The position numbers and the translations under genes are program-made. A stretch of DNA of 64,000 nucleotides from a virus. Its lineage: Duplodnaviria; Caudoviricetes. The notes under the pieces were generated by a model. It ran no database searches, had not been told where the DNA came from, and worked only from the letters and a program-made list of their open reading frames with translations. Below, one piece after another: positions 49,324 to 59,344 of this stretch. The DNA is taken from the IMG/VR virus record IMGVR_UViG_2791355221_000004, positions 34,923 through 98,922 of that record; one strand, given 5' to 3'. The first letter of the stretch is position 1, and every line of letters starts with the position of its first letter.

Positions 49324-51474
49324 TTGGAAATAACACCATTAGGCTTTAAAAAGCCTGTAAGTTCAGATAGTGCAGATTTGAGAGTATTTATTGGGACAAA
49401 TATGGATTTACTAGATATTTTAATATCAAGAAAGGAAAAAGAAATTCCTAAACAATCTACTCCTCCAACCTCACCTAAAACCTACGATTTATGGATTGAC
49501 ACAACATCTGAGCCATACTCACTTAAAATGTTCAGTGGATCTTTATGGGTATTAGTAGGCGGTAGCGGTTCTGGTGGCGCATCTGGCAAAAGTGCATATC
49601 AAGTCTGGCTAGATTTAGGAAATACAGGAACACCTCAACAATTTATTGATTCTTTAAAGGGAGCGCAAGGAATTCAGGGTGCTATAGGTTCACAAGGTAT
49701 TCAGGGGCAAAAAGGCGACCAAGGTATCCAAGGACTTAAAGGAGATCAGGGAATTCAGGGTATTCAAGGATTAAAAGGCGATCAAGGCATTCAAGGAGCT
49801 GCAGGAAGTGGTGGGAGCAGTACTGGCACAATTCAAGGATTTGATAAATTCGTAATAAAGGATTCATGGAATACATCTGGTGTACACTCAACTCCTTCAA
49901 ACATGGATACATTTTACATTATCAACACAGGAACAACTGACCTCACTTTTAACATTAATGGTATCACTCAAAATATAAAAGCAAACGAAGAGCTTCTTGA
50001 TATTTTCGATCAATTCTCACAAGTTACAATTTCTGCAACTGGTACATTCGAAGCTAAAGTTGGAAGTGCCATTGTTTCGCCTACCAGCTCTGTTAAAGAT
50101 GCTTTTTCTGGTTCAGCAAATGTAACTAGAACTATTTCTGGTTCCATCGTAGGGATAAGTAATGATGGCACAAGTCCATTAACTTTAGTGGTGAATGGAA
50201 TATCAAATACTATAGTTGCAGGAGATGTTAAGGAGTTTTTGTTTGCTCCATTTACTCAGATTACAGTAAATAGTACAATTCCATTTCGCGCATACGTTAA
50301 AGGAGTGCCAGCAGCTATTGATACAACACCCCCAAATCCTATCACTGGGTTAATGGCTGGCACAGCAACAACGAGTACAATTCCAATTAGTTGGACTGTC
50401 TCTAATTCAGGAGATGTCGTCAACCAAGAAGTTGCTTACTCCTTAAATGGGGGAACAAGTTATACTATCGTTAGTTCTGCGATTAACCCTAGTTCTAGCT
50501 CTTACATTGTTACAGGGCTATCAGCTAACCAGTCGTATACAATCCGTGTGATAGCAATAGATGGTGCTGGAAACCGTTCTACAGGTGTGACTGTAGATAA
50601 ATCAACTTTGGCATCTACCGACACAACACCACCTGAAGTAGTGACAAATTTAGCGGTAGGTACGCCGACATCAACTTCGGTTCCGTTAACTTGGACAGCA
50701 TCTATTGCTTCAGATATCGCAAATTATGAAGTGGCATTTTCCACAGATGGAACCAACTATACAATCTCTAGTGCATCGGTTACTGGAACCTCATATACAG
50801 TTACTGGATTGACAGCAAGCACTCTTTATACATTCAGAGTTGCATCAATTGACACATCAAATAACCGTTCGTCGGGAAATCCAACGGTTCAAGCAACAAC
50901 AACCACTCCAGCTTCGGGTACTGTTCAAGTATTCGATGACTTTAATCGTTCAGATGGGACAGTTGGCAATGCGGTTACAGGACAAGTATGGAATGGTGGA
51001 GGGGGAAGCCTTGCACCTACCATTATGAGTAATCAGATTGGTTTCACTGCTAATTCCACTAATTATCCTAACTTTAGCATTAGTCTATCTGATAATGTTG
51101 ATATTGAAATGGACTTAATATTACCTACTTTAACTACTGGGAATATTTCTGGCGTTTCTGCACGAGTGAATGCTGGTAATAATCAAGGTTTAATATTTGG
51201 AGCACTTTCAAACGGGACTAGGGCAGGATTTCTTTCAACTTTAACGGGTGCAGCTACTGTTCCTGCAACAGCAAGCTTTACATTTAATACAGGGCAAGCA
51301 TATCGTTTGAAACTAGAAGTAAGAGGAAATGTCTATAAGGGATACATTGATGGTGTTTTGATTCAGAGTTATACAGATACTGCGAATATAGGCTTGTCAA
51401 ATACAAAGTATGGATTTGTTTTCTATAATACCGCTGTACCAAGAGGAGACAATTTCAAAATAACATCTCATTAA
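49324..51474 (+). CDS. collagen-repeat + FN3 + lectin-like virion fibre protein
   Basis: GKSAYQVW motif, G-X-Y repeats, two DTTPP-initiated FN3 domains, C-terminal beta-sandwich. Confidence 0.75.
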   Translation: MEITPLGFKKPVSSDSADLRVFIGTNMDLLDILISRKEKEIPKQSTPPTSPKTYDLWIDTTSEPYSLKMFSGSLWVLVGGSGSGGASGKSAYQVWLDLGNTGTPQQFIDSLKGAQGIQGAIGSQGIQGQKGDQGIQGLKGDQGIQGIQGLKGDQGIQGAAGSGGSSTGTIQGFDKFVIKDSWNTSGVHSTPSNMDTFYIINTGTTDLTFNINGITQNIKANEELLDIFDQFSQVTISATGTFEAKVGSAIVSPTSSVKDAFSGSANVTRTISGSIVGISNDGTSPLTLVVNGISNTIVAGDVKEFLFAPFTQITVNSTIPFRAYVKGVPAAIDTTPPNPITGLMAGTATTSTIPISWTVSNSGDVVNQEVAYSLNGGTSYTIVSSAINPSSSSYIVTGLSANQSYTIRVIAIDGAGNRSTGVTVDKSTLASTDTTPPEVVTNLAVGTPTSTSVPLTWTASIASDIANYEVAFSTDGTNYTISSASVTGTSYTVTGLTASTLYTFRVASIDTSNNRSSGNPTVQATTTTPASGTVQVFDDFNRSDGTVGNAVTGQVWNGGGGSLAPTIMSNQIGFTANSTNYPNFSISLSDNVDIEMDLILPTLTTGNISGVSARVNAGNNQGLIFGALSNGTRAGFLSTLTGAATVPATASFTFNTGQAYRLKLEVRGNVYKGYIDGVLIQSYTDTANIGLSNTKYGFVFYNTAVPRGDNFKITSH
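49660..49803 (+). repeat. collagen-like GIQ/GLK/GDQ repeats
   Basis: GAQGIQGAIGSQGIQGQKGDQGIQGLKGDQ... Confidence 0.85.
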
Positions 51475-51492
51475 GAAAGGGGGCGTATTGAA

Positions 51493-52167
51493 TTGACATT
51501 GAAGAAAACATCAACTCCAAGTAGCTCAGGTACGCCTGATACTACCTATTCAAAGTATATTGGTAAAAAACTATATTGTTTTGGGGACAGCATAACACAA
51601 TCAGTGGGTGCAACAAACAACTATCCTACATATGTAGCAACAAAATTAAATGTTACGATGACTAATTTTGGAAGCTCTGGCGCAGATAACAATCGATTAC
51701 GATGTATTGTGTGTGGTGGAACATCAAGTGGAGGACTTACATTTACAGCACCAGACTTTTCAAATATTGATATTGTGACTTTGACCATTGGGCATAATGG
51801 TGGTGTTGGAAGTTCAACAATTAACGACATTTCAGGGATCACTGATTTCAATTTATATCCTGATACTTTTTATGGCAATGTGTGTCGAAGTATTGAGTAC
51901 ATACTGAACCAAAATCAAAATATTAGAATATACTTGTTGACTCCAATTCAATCACTCAACTCAACATATATCACAAGCACAGCTGCCGCTACTACAGCTA
52001 TAAAAGTAATAGGTTCTAAATACGCTTTACCTGTAATTGATCTGCAAAACACTAGTGGACTACATTTTAGAAACATAAGTTTATTTACAAGTGATGGAAC
52101 ACATCCAAATCCATCGGGGGCACAAAGAATTGCTGAAGTTGTTTATAGGCAAATGTTAAGCTACTGA
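51493..52167 (+). CDS. SGNH/GDSL hydrolase
   Basis: FGDSIT, GHN, DGTHPN motifs. Confidence 0.85.
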   Translation: MTLKKTSTPSSSGTPDTTYSKYIGKKLYCFGDSITQSVGATNNYPTYVATKLNVTMTNFGSSGADNNRLRCIVCGGTSSGGLTFTAPDFSNIDIVTLTIGHNGGVGSSTINDISGITDFNLYPDTFYGNVCRSIEYILNQNQNIRIYLLTPIQSLNSTYITSTAAATTAIKVIGSKYALPVIDLQNTSGLHFRNISLFTSDGTHPNPSGAQRIAEVVYRQMLSY

Positions 52168-52409
52168 CGCTTTCCTGTAACTCGAAAACCAAAGAAGCTA
52201 ATGCAATTACGAGGACATAGGTCTTCATTAAGTTCATAAGACCATCCACCTTCATCGAAGTTGTAGTGCCCTTCAGCTCGCCATAGAACATGACACTTTG
52301 GACATCTTAAAGTATCTACATTTGGATCACTCGATTGCACTATTGCTACATTGGATTTATTAGACGTAAAAAAGGTAGAAAAATTAGTGAGTAATTTCAG
52401 AGTAAACAC
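52161..52409 (-). CDS. small Cys-containing hypothetical protein
   Basis: CPKC...CPRNC; own upstream promoter-like TGGTAATAT. Confidence 0.5.
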   Translation of the reverse strand: MFTLKLLTNFSTFFTSNKSNVAIVQSSDPNVDTLRCPKCHVLWRAEGHYNFDEGGWSYELNEDLCPRNCISFFGFRVTGKRQ

Positions 52410-52564
52410 CCCTTCTTAATAACGAACGAAATTATAGGAATATATTACCATGGATTAAGCGGAAAAGAAATATGTTTTGATTTGATGGGAAATTAAATAA
52501 GAGGCTTAGATTAACAAGGCGAATCCAATGGGTTCGTCTTTTTTTCGTTAGGAGGAAACGAATA

Positions 52565-53230
52565 ATGTTACTCTCACAATTACTAAATAAGAGTGAAGCA
52601 AGAATAAGTAAACTTCATCCCGTTGTAGCAACTAAGACTCGTCAACTTATTACCGCGGCGTTTAATGAAGGTATCAACATTGTTATAGTTCAAGGATTAC
52701 GCACATTTGAAGAACAAGCAGCCTTATATGCTCAAGGTAGAACAACAGCAGGTGCAATTGTGACGAATGCTAGGGCTGGATATTCGATGCACAACTATGG
52801 GGTAGCTCTGGATTTCTGCCTTTTAGCTGATGATGGTATTAATGTAGTGTGGACTGTTAATGACAAGTGGCTTAGAGTCGGAGCAATTGGTAAAAGCCTT
52901 GGATTTGTCTGGGGTGGAGATTGGACTTATGAAAAAGAAGGAATTGTAGATTATCCACATTTTGAGATGAGTTTTGGTTTGAGTATTAATGACTTGAGAA
53001 ATGGCGCAAAGTTGCCCGATTTAGTTGAAACTGTAAAGGATGAGGATGAGATGAAACTTGATTTAAATCAATGGAAAATGCTTGGTGATTCAATCGATGC
53101 TTGGTACAGAAAAGGCTGGATTACAGATTATAAATGGGCAGAGAAAAGCTATAAACAAGAGTTAACTCTAAGTGATTTGGCATGGCTGCAATCAATTGTT
53201 TTCTCTCGTCAAAATGGAATTCAGGTTTAG
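52565..53230 (+). CDS. M15 L-Ala-D-Glu peptidase endolysin
   Basis: QGLRTFEEQAALYAQGRT...SMHNYGVALD...WGGDW...DYPHFE. Confidence 0.9.
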   Translation: MLLSQLLNKSEARISKLHPVVATKTRQLITAAFNEGINIVIVQGLRTFEEQAALYAQGRTTAGAIVTNARAGYSMHNYGVALDFCLLADDGINVVWTVNDKWLRVGAIGKSLGFVWGGDWTYEKEGIVDYPHFEMSFGLSINDLRNGAKLPDLVETVKDEDEMKLDLNQWKMLGDSIDAWYRKGWITDYKWAEKSYKQELTLSDLAWLQSIVFSRQNGIQV

Positions 53231-53231
53231 T

Positions 53232-53975
53232 ATGGAAAGACAATATCTACTCAAGCCAGATAGACCAGACCCTAAAGACTATAAGTATGCCAGCTATAGT
53301 TCTCAAGAAATTAAACCAATTGATCTTCGTCCATACGATTTCCCTGAAATACTAGATCAAGGTTACTTAGGTTCATGTACCGCTTTCGCAATATCGGCTT
53401 TGAAACAGTTTAAAGAAAGAAATGAAAGCCAAATTAATGCATACTTTTATCTTTCACAACTTTACCTATATTACAAAGAACGAGAAATTGAAGGAACAAT
53501 TGACTTTGATTCTGGTGCGTCAATACGTGATGGTCTGAAAGTACTACAGCAAGTTGGATGTTGTACAACTTCCTATTTTCCATACGTTGAATCTAACTAT
53601 AAGAATAAACCTAGTATTGAAGCAGATGAAAATGCTAAAGAGCATAAGATTAATTCATATTCGCGCTTGTTTACTGCACTTCAATTGAAACAGGCACTAT
53701 CTGAAAAGAATCCAGTTGTTATGGGTGTAGAGATATTCCAAAGTTTTGAGAGTTTTGAAGTAGCAAGTACAGGCGTAGTACCATTTCCTGATAGAAACAA
53801 AGAGTATTCGTTAGGTTATCACGCTGTTTTAGCAATGGGATGGAAGATAATCAATGGTGAGGAATATATCATCTGCCGTAACTCGTGGTCGAAACAGTGG
53901 GGGGACAAAGGTTACTTCTATCTTCCGATGAGTTATATTGGAAGATTAGTTTCAGATATGTGGGTTACGAATTAA
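53232..53975 (+). CDS. C1 (papain-like) cysteine peptidase
   Basis: DQGYLGSCTAFA, GYHAV, RNSW catalytic motifs. Confidence 0.9.
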   Translation: MERQYLLKPDRPDPKDYKYASYSSQEIKPIDLRPYDFPEILDQGYLGSCTAFAISALKQFKERNESQINAYFYLSQLYLYYKEREIEGTIDFDSGASIRDGLKVLQQVGCCTTSYFPYVESNYKNKPSIEADENAKEHKINSYSRLFTALQLKQALSEKNPVVMGVEIFQSFESFEVASTGVVPFPDRNKEYSLGYHAVLAMGWKIINGEEYIICRNSWSKQWGDKGYFYLPMSYIGRLVSDMWVTN

Positions 53976-54160
53976 TTGAATATTGATTGAACTAAGAACA
54001 ACCAAAAGGGATAATATGAACTAAGAATGGCCAAGTGCTATTGTAGTTTGTATTATCCCTGTTTTCGCTTTTATAAAATAAAAATAACAGTATACAATAT
54101 ATTTAATGTGTGTTATATTAATTTTGCGGAGGAAAATATTTGAAGAAAGGAGAGATGAAG

Positions 54161-54406
54161 ATGATCAATATTCGCAAAGTGGAAGATGAAGTTTGGAATA
54201 GAATTAAGCAGAAGACGAATTGGACAGACGATCAAATTAAACTGAGCCAAAGTATGGTAAGCAATACAGTTAGTTTGTATGTAACAATGATGTTTCAAGT
54301 TTATAATGAACAACTCATTGAATTAATCAGCGGTGACAATTTTATCAGGTTGCAGAACATTGACCAGACAGCACAAGACATCCTAAAAGTTAAAGAAGTT
54401 ATGTAA
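54161..54406 (+). CDS. hypothetical protein
   Basis: AAGGAG RBS; promoter with the phage motif upstream. Confidence 0.6.
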   Translation: MINIRKVEDEVWNRIKQKTNWTDDQIKLSQSMVSNTVSLYVTMMFQVYNEQLIELISGDNFIRLQNIDQTAQDILKVKEVM

Positions 54407-54468
54407 AACAAAAATAAAATATAATTTAAATAAAAAAACTACCAGAAGGTAGTGATGGAAGTTAAATG

Positions 54469-55377
54469 CTATTTGTAATGAGGTGGTAGCAAAATATTAG
54501 ATGTGAAATGAGTAGGATAGATTGTTACTTTGCCGAAGTTTGTTAAGATTGTTGTAAACTTAATTTCATCAATCTCAATTTTTTGTATCATCTGTTTACC
54601 TATTGATGAAGCTTTATTTTCATCAGCAATTAATATGAAACCATCGATATCTCCATTAATAATATATTTATTATGATAAATAGTACCATTTTTCATCTTG
54701 ATTGTTACTGTTAATTTTGAATTTGAGATTAATCTGAACGTCTTGATAAGTGGTATTAAAGAAATAAAATATGCTATTGATAAAGCAAATACAGTGTAAA
54801 TCAATTCCTTATAACCTGTTAGTGGCAGTTCCAATAACATTTTACTTGAAGATAAAGTAGTATTGTTATGAGATTCACCGATATTAAGAATAGTTATATT
54901 AATAAGAACCCCATACATCAGTGAAAGTAAAATAAAATATACTACCATCGAGATAACTATTAAAAGAAAAAGGAATAAGCCAGATCTCTTTTTATCCCTT
55001 ATAGCAACTGTAAGTTTATTGAAATAATAGTTTCTAAATTTTTTAATAATTATGATTGTCATAAGAAATAGTAAAATAGCGAGGAAAATAATAGACGACC
55101 ACCATTTAAATACAATATGTAAAGGTGTGTTAGAAGAACCCTCGGACTTGTCTAATACTGTAATTAATACAAAGTAAGCTGTTGCAAAGATAACAAAGAA
55201 AATATACAAGGTTATTTGTCTGAAGGTTTTTATTGAACTACTTAGAAACAACTCCTCTTCTTTCGGGGCAGTAATTATCGTAAATGGATTAAAAACTAGC
55301 TTAATTTTACTTTTACTACTGAATAACGCTATTCCTAAGCCACTAAACACCCAAGTAATGATATTGTATAAATCCAT
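54469..55377 (-). CDS. multi-pass membrane protein (cargo)
   Basis: About 5 TM segments, very low GC. Confidence 0.7.
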   Translation of the reverse strand: MDLYNIITWVFSGLGIALFSSKSKIKLVFNPFTIITAPKEEELFLSSSIKTFRQITLYIFFVIFATAYFVLITVLDKSEGSSNTPLHIVFKWWSSIIFLAILLFLMTIIIIKKFRNYYFNKLTVAIRDKKRSGLFLFLLIVISMVVYFILLSLMYGVLINITILNIGESHNNTTLSSSKMLLELPLTGYKELIYTVFALSIAYFISLIPLIKTFRLISNSKLTVTIKMKNGTIYHNKYIINGDIDGFILIADENKASSIGKQMIQKIEIDEIKFTTILTNFGKVTIYPTHFTSNILLPPHYK

Positions 55378-55513
55378 TTTATTTCAGCCCCATTTGTATT
55401 TAATAGGTATATTCTACCACATTTAATAACAAATTAGCGGGTTTGAATGTCATGTTTTTGAATAATTTGTCATAAATAATTGATCAAGAAGAAAGCCCAA
55501 TGAAAGCATAATT

Positions 55514-56128
55514 TTATTCGGCAATATTTTGTGTCTTGTTCTTTTTGAAAAAATCAAACCCATTTGAAATTGCTTCAAAAATAGAAATGCCGATTACCAA
55601 CACATTAATCAAGTTAGCCTTTAGAAGATCAAATTGTGAGAAACTTTTTTTACATTTTTGAAATAATTCATATGTGGCTTTTTCGTTGCAATCTATGCCT
55701 AAATCAAAAGGTCCAATGTTAAACGCAATAGCGAACGTGAAAAAGGCAATCAAAATGTAAAACGCAAATTTAATTAAAATTGTTGCTTTCCTTGTCCTGA
55801 ATAAAATATTAAGAAAAACAATGTAGAGAACAAATACCGAAAATGTCAAAACAATAAATTTGTTAACATCGTGCTGCTGATATTTAATACTTATCTTACC
55901 TAAAATATAAAAGGAATAATGCAAGGTTACTAAAGAGAATACAAACTTAGTGCAAGTAAAAGAAAATCTGAACAGCGACCAGATCAATGTGCATACTGCA
56001 ACTAACGGAATTACATTAAAATATACATTCGCATTCGATGCCAATTCAGCAGATAGTAGCAATAACATGATTCCAAATAGGTGATTAATTTCTTTGTTTA
56101 CAAAAATTCTCTTTATACGATTAAGCAT
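55514..56128 (-). CDS. multi-pass membrane protein (cargo)
   Basis: About 6 TM segments. Confidence 0.65.
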   Translation of the reverse strand: MLNRIKRIFVNKEINHLFGIMLLLLSAELASNANVYFNVIPLVAVCTLIWSLFRFSFTCTKFVFSLVTLHYSFYILGKISIKYQQHDVNKFIVLTFSVFVLYIVFLNILFRTRKATILIKFAFYILIAFFTFAIAFNIGPFDLGIDCNEKATYELFQKCKKSFSQFDLLKANLINVLVIGISIFEAISNGFDFFKKNKTQNIAE

Positions 56129-56250
56129 TATTTTCCAACTTTCTGTATCTATAATGAGACATTATAAGTTACCAAATATCACCATGTCTACATCTTTCGA
56201 CAAAGAGTGGAAGCAAATAAAATAAGGATTTCATAAGGAGGATTAATTCG

Positions 56251-56574
56251 TTGGATTTTAGCAAAATGTTTGATGATCGGTTTTTACATCGTAACAAATC
56301 AATAGGCTCATATTGTGTAGAATGGTATTTAGACTGTGGAATAGTCATTGAGAATGAAATCTGGAAAAACGATCAGAAAAGAAGAGAATCTATTCTTCAA
56401 TCTCTCTGGGAGGAATGTTTAGATGATAGTCCATGGCTCAGTGATAAAAATCCAGACGATTACCGAAAAATAATCTATTATCGAGATGGAGAAGAACTGG
56501 AAACAGGAAGAAAAATAATTCTTGCTATCGAAAATATTACATGGGGTTCTCCAACACTATACATAAAGAAATAG
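56251..56574 (+). CDS. hypothetical protein
   Basis: AGGAGG RBS. Confidence 0.65.
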   Translation: MDFSKMFDDRFLHRNKSIGSYCVEWYLDCGIVIENEIWKNDQKRRESILQSLWEECLDDSPWLSDKNPDDYRKIIYYRDGEELETGRKIILAIENITWGSPTLYIKK

Positions 56575-56596
56575 TTTATGAAAACTAAAAATAAAA

Positions 56597-57010
56597 TTAA
56601 TTAAATAAATTACTAAACACAAACAAATCTTGTTTACTCAACTCTGCCCGTTGTTCATCCCAATTGAATCCATCTACTTGGGCAGAGTACATATACAATC
56701 TATCGTTCTCACTTAATACATAAATGGTGAATCGTCTATCTTTAACAATTAGTTTGTAGTTTAGAATTCTTTCATCATTAAACTCATGTTTGAGTAAATC
56801 ACGTATCGCGTATTCACTCTCATAAAGATAGTAGATATTCAGCATGTCCCAGATGAATTCCATTTTGACTAGGTACGACTTAGATTCTCGGAGGCATGAA
56901 GGATGGAAGGGCACGAAGCCATTTAGACATACTTTTTCTTCATCGTCTACTACACCACAGTAATAGCACATGGCTGCGTGTACGTCGCAGTATCTTAGTT
57001 TGAGAGACAT
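56597..57010 (-). CDS. hypothetical protein with N-terminal Cys/His cluster
   Basis: CDVH..CYYC...FHPSC. Confidence 0.6.
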   Translation of the reverse strand: MSLKLRYCDVHAAMCYYCGVVDDEEKVCLNGFVPFHPSCLRESKSYLVKMEFIWDMLNIYYLYESEYAIRDLLKHEFNDERILNYKLIVKDRRFTIYVLSENDRLYMYSAQVDGFNWDEQRAELSKQDLFVFSNLFN

Positions 57011-57067
57011 TTGTTCACCCGTTGAAAGTTGTATTTTATAAGGAATTATAACATAGAGAGGAGATTT

Positions 57068-57283
57068 ATGATTAAAACAACAAGTTATTTAAATTATTGT
57101 CCAAGGTTCAAAGATTACTCGCCAGTTTTAGTAGTAAGCGATAATGAAAGTACCGAAAGTTTTGAAATGGGTGTTTATGGTGATTTGGCTGAAGCTGAAG
57201 AAGCAATTAGTAAAGCCGAGCTTCATGTGAGTAAATATAGGAATGTTACTGAATTAGTCGCGGCAATAGAAAATCAGGAATAG
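57068..57283 (+). CDS. hypothetical protein
   Basis: GAGGAG RBS. Confidence 0.6.
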   Translation: MIKTTSYLNYCPRFKDYSPVLVVSDNESTESFEMGVYGDLAEAEEAISKAELHVSKYRNVTELVAAIENQE

Positions 57284-57304
57284 GATGGCAACTGGAGGAA
57301 TTGA

Positions 57305-57814
57305 ATGTATATCGAAATGAAGAATGATGAATATGAGAAGTTTGAAGAATATGTTGCCAAAACAGAAAAGTCGCAAGGAGCAGAGTGGGATAAGTTGAGG
57401 GAGATGGTTAATAATCATAAAGATTCTAGAAAGTCAGATGATGACGAATTAGTCCAATACTTTATCGTTAACTCAGAACTCAATATGTCAGCAGGTAAGA
57501 TTGCTGCTCAAGTGGCACATGTGGAAACATTGTGTACTATGTCTATCTTAAATGAGGGTAGAGTGCAATTCGATGAAGATGATGATATTAATCAAAGATA
57601 TGAAATGTTTTACAAATGGTTAAATCACAATCAACCTAAAATCATCCTTCGCGGCAAACAAAAGGAACTAGAAAAGTTAATTGAACAAGGCTGGTATTAT
57701 ATCTGCGACAATGGACGAACAGAAATACCTGAAGGATCACTGACTGTAATTGGGTGCTCTCCTGAATGGAAATCGGTGATGAAGCCAATCGTGAAGAGGT
57801 TTCAGTTGTTATGA
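57305..57814 (+). CDS. peptidyl-tRNA hydrolase, Pth2 family
   Basis: LNMSAGKIAAQVAH...KIIL...DNGRTEIPEGSLTVIG. Confidence 0.85.
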   Translation: MYIEMKNDEYEKFEEYVAKTEKSQGAEWDKLREMVNNHKDSRKSDDDELVQYFIVNSELNMSAGKIAAQVAHVETLCTMSILNEGRVQFDEDDDINQRYEMFYKWLNHNQPKIILRGKQKELEKLIEQGWYYICDNGRTEIPEGSLTVIGCSPEWKSVMKPIVKRFQLL

Positions 57815-57993
57815 AAAGGAAAAGAGTGAATAGTGGAATTACTATAAACGGACTGATAAACAATGGCAATAGCGATACAAGAACACTAGATGAAAAAATT
57901 GAAAGCTTGCGTAAATTAGGTGTGAATGTATCGGCTGTAATAGAAGACAAGACATTGTGGTCTAGAATAAAACGATATTTTTTTTGGAATTGA
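57811..57993 (+). CDS. hypothetical protein
   Basis: ATGA overlap with Pth2. Confidence 0.5.
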   Translation: MKRKRVNSGITINGLINNGNSDTRTLDEKIESLRKLGVNVSAVIEDKTLWSRIKRYFFWN

Positions 57994-58033
57994 AGTATCT
58001 GATATTAATACAAAGGGAGAATGTATTCTAGAA

Positions 58034-58327
58034 ATGAGGAATAATGAACTATGGAGTTTACTAGAAAAACAATTGAATTTTCCTGAAGAGGATAAGAAGA
58101 ATCCTTTCTATCTAATCCATCTTAAAATTAATCCATCTCAAGATACAGATGCTTTCGTTTTAAATCCAAACTCTCCATCACACTTGGAATGGTGGTATGA
58201 AAACGAACATGAGAAATGGAAGATCATTGAGGAACATGGATTTGAATTGTTGATGATTCTAGAATCTGAAAACATTACCCTAAAAGACGCGGCAGATAAA
58301 TTAATTGAGTTTTATCAAAGTAAATAA
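58034..58327 (+). CDS. hypothetical protein
   Basis: GGGAG RBS, 97 aa. Confidence 0.6.
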   Translation: MRNNELWSLLEKQLNFPEEDKKNPFYLIHLKINPSQDTDAFVLNPNSPSHLEWWYENEHEKWKIIEEHGFELLMILESENITLKDAADKLIEFYQSK

Positions 58328-58429
58328 GTCGTTTAGTTCATAAGGGAGGTAGGTGTTGCTTTTGATTGTGTGTTGAGTAGTATTGTAAATATAGTAAAAA
58401 TAAAAATATAAGGGAGTATGATATAAAAT

Positions 58430-59222
58430 ATGACAAATCAATTAACAGTATTTCAAGGGCAAGAGGTAATGATTCTCACAAAAGAGGACGTGAATGTTGA
58501 TTTCAAAGGAGATTTCTTGATCCGAGCGAAAGACGTGGGTATCGTTCTTGAATATGAGACAAGTAATGCAACTAAAGAGGTGTTAAAGTTCTGCAAGAAG
58601 GATCAAATCCTCACTTTGAAAAATTCCAACATTTCATTAAGTGTGAAAAGCACTTATCGAAAATTGAATAATACTGGTGAAGCATTCATTACTAATCTTG
58701 CCTTAAATCGCGTGTTTGGAAAGTCAGAGAACCATTCCAAGATTGGCTTTATGAGGAAGTTGTGCCATCTATTCAAAAGACAGGTGGATATGTCGGTAAT
58801 GACGATTTGTTCATTAATACATACATTCCGCAAGCTGATGAAACTACAAAATTATTGTTCAAGCAAACTCTTGGCGCAATGAAAGAACAGATTGAAAAAA
58901 TCGCTGCCTTAGAACCCAAAGCAACCAAGTATGATATGTACCTTAATGCTGACGGTTTGATCCAGTTAAACGAAGTTGCCAAATTGTTGAATATTGGATT
59001 GAAAACATTCTATGCGATTCTTAGAATTGAAAGCAAAAGAAGCCAGACATACATATTCCAACTCGTAAGTTTGAGACTAAAGGTTATTTCGTAGTCATTA
59101 GAGAGCAGCAAGCGAACAAGCAAGGTAAGTTAGTATGGCAGTCAATTGCATATGCGACACATCAAGGGTTTGATTTCTTAGATGAGTTTTTTAAGAAATA
59201 CTTTGAAGATGAGATTGCTTGA
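58430..59222 (+). pseudogene. BRO-N + KilA-C antirepressor broken by two frameshifts
   Basis: BRO-N frame shifts at ~58728 into EPFQDWLYEEVVPSIQKTGGY; second shift at ~59030-59050 into PTRKFETKGYF...ATHQGFDFL ending TGA 59222. Confidence 0.75.
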
Positions 59223-59344
59223 TAATACATAGCTTGTAAAGTAAAAATAACATAAATTAATATTACATAGTGTATTATTCAAGTGTGACAGTGAGGACAT
59301 AGTAAGGTGAGAGGCTTCCTAAATAGGTATCGGAGAATTTATAA

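Noticed and set aside
46040-51474. Diversity-generating retroelement or invertible fibre cassette
   Set aside because: No reverse transcriptase, no TR/VR pair and no adjacent invertase; repeats are ordinary fibre/collagen motifs
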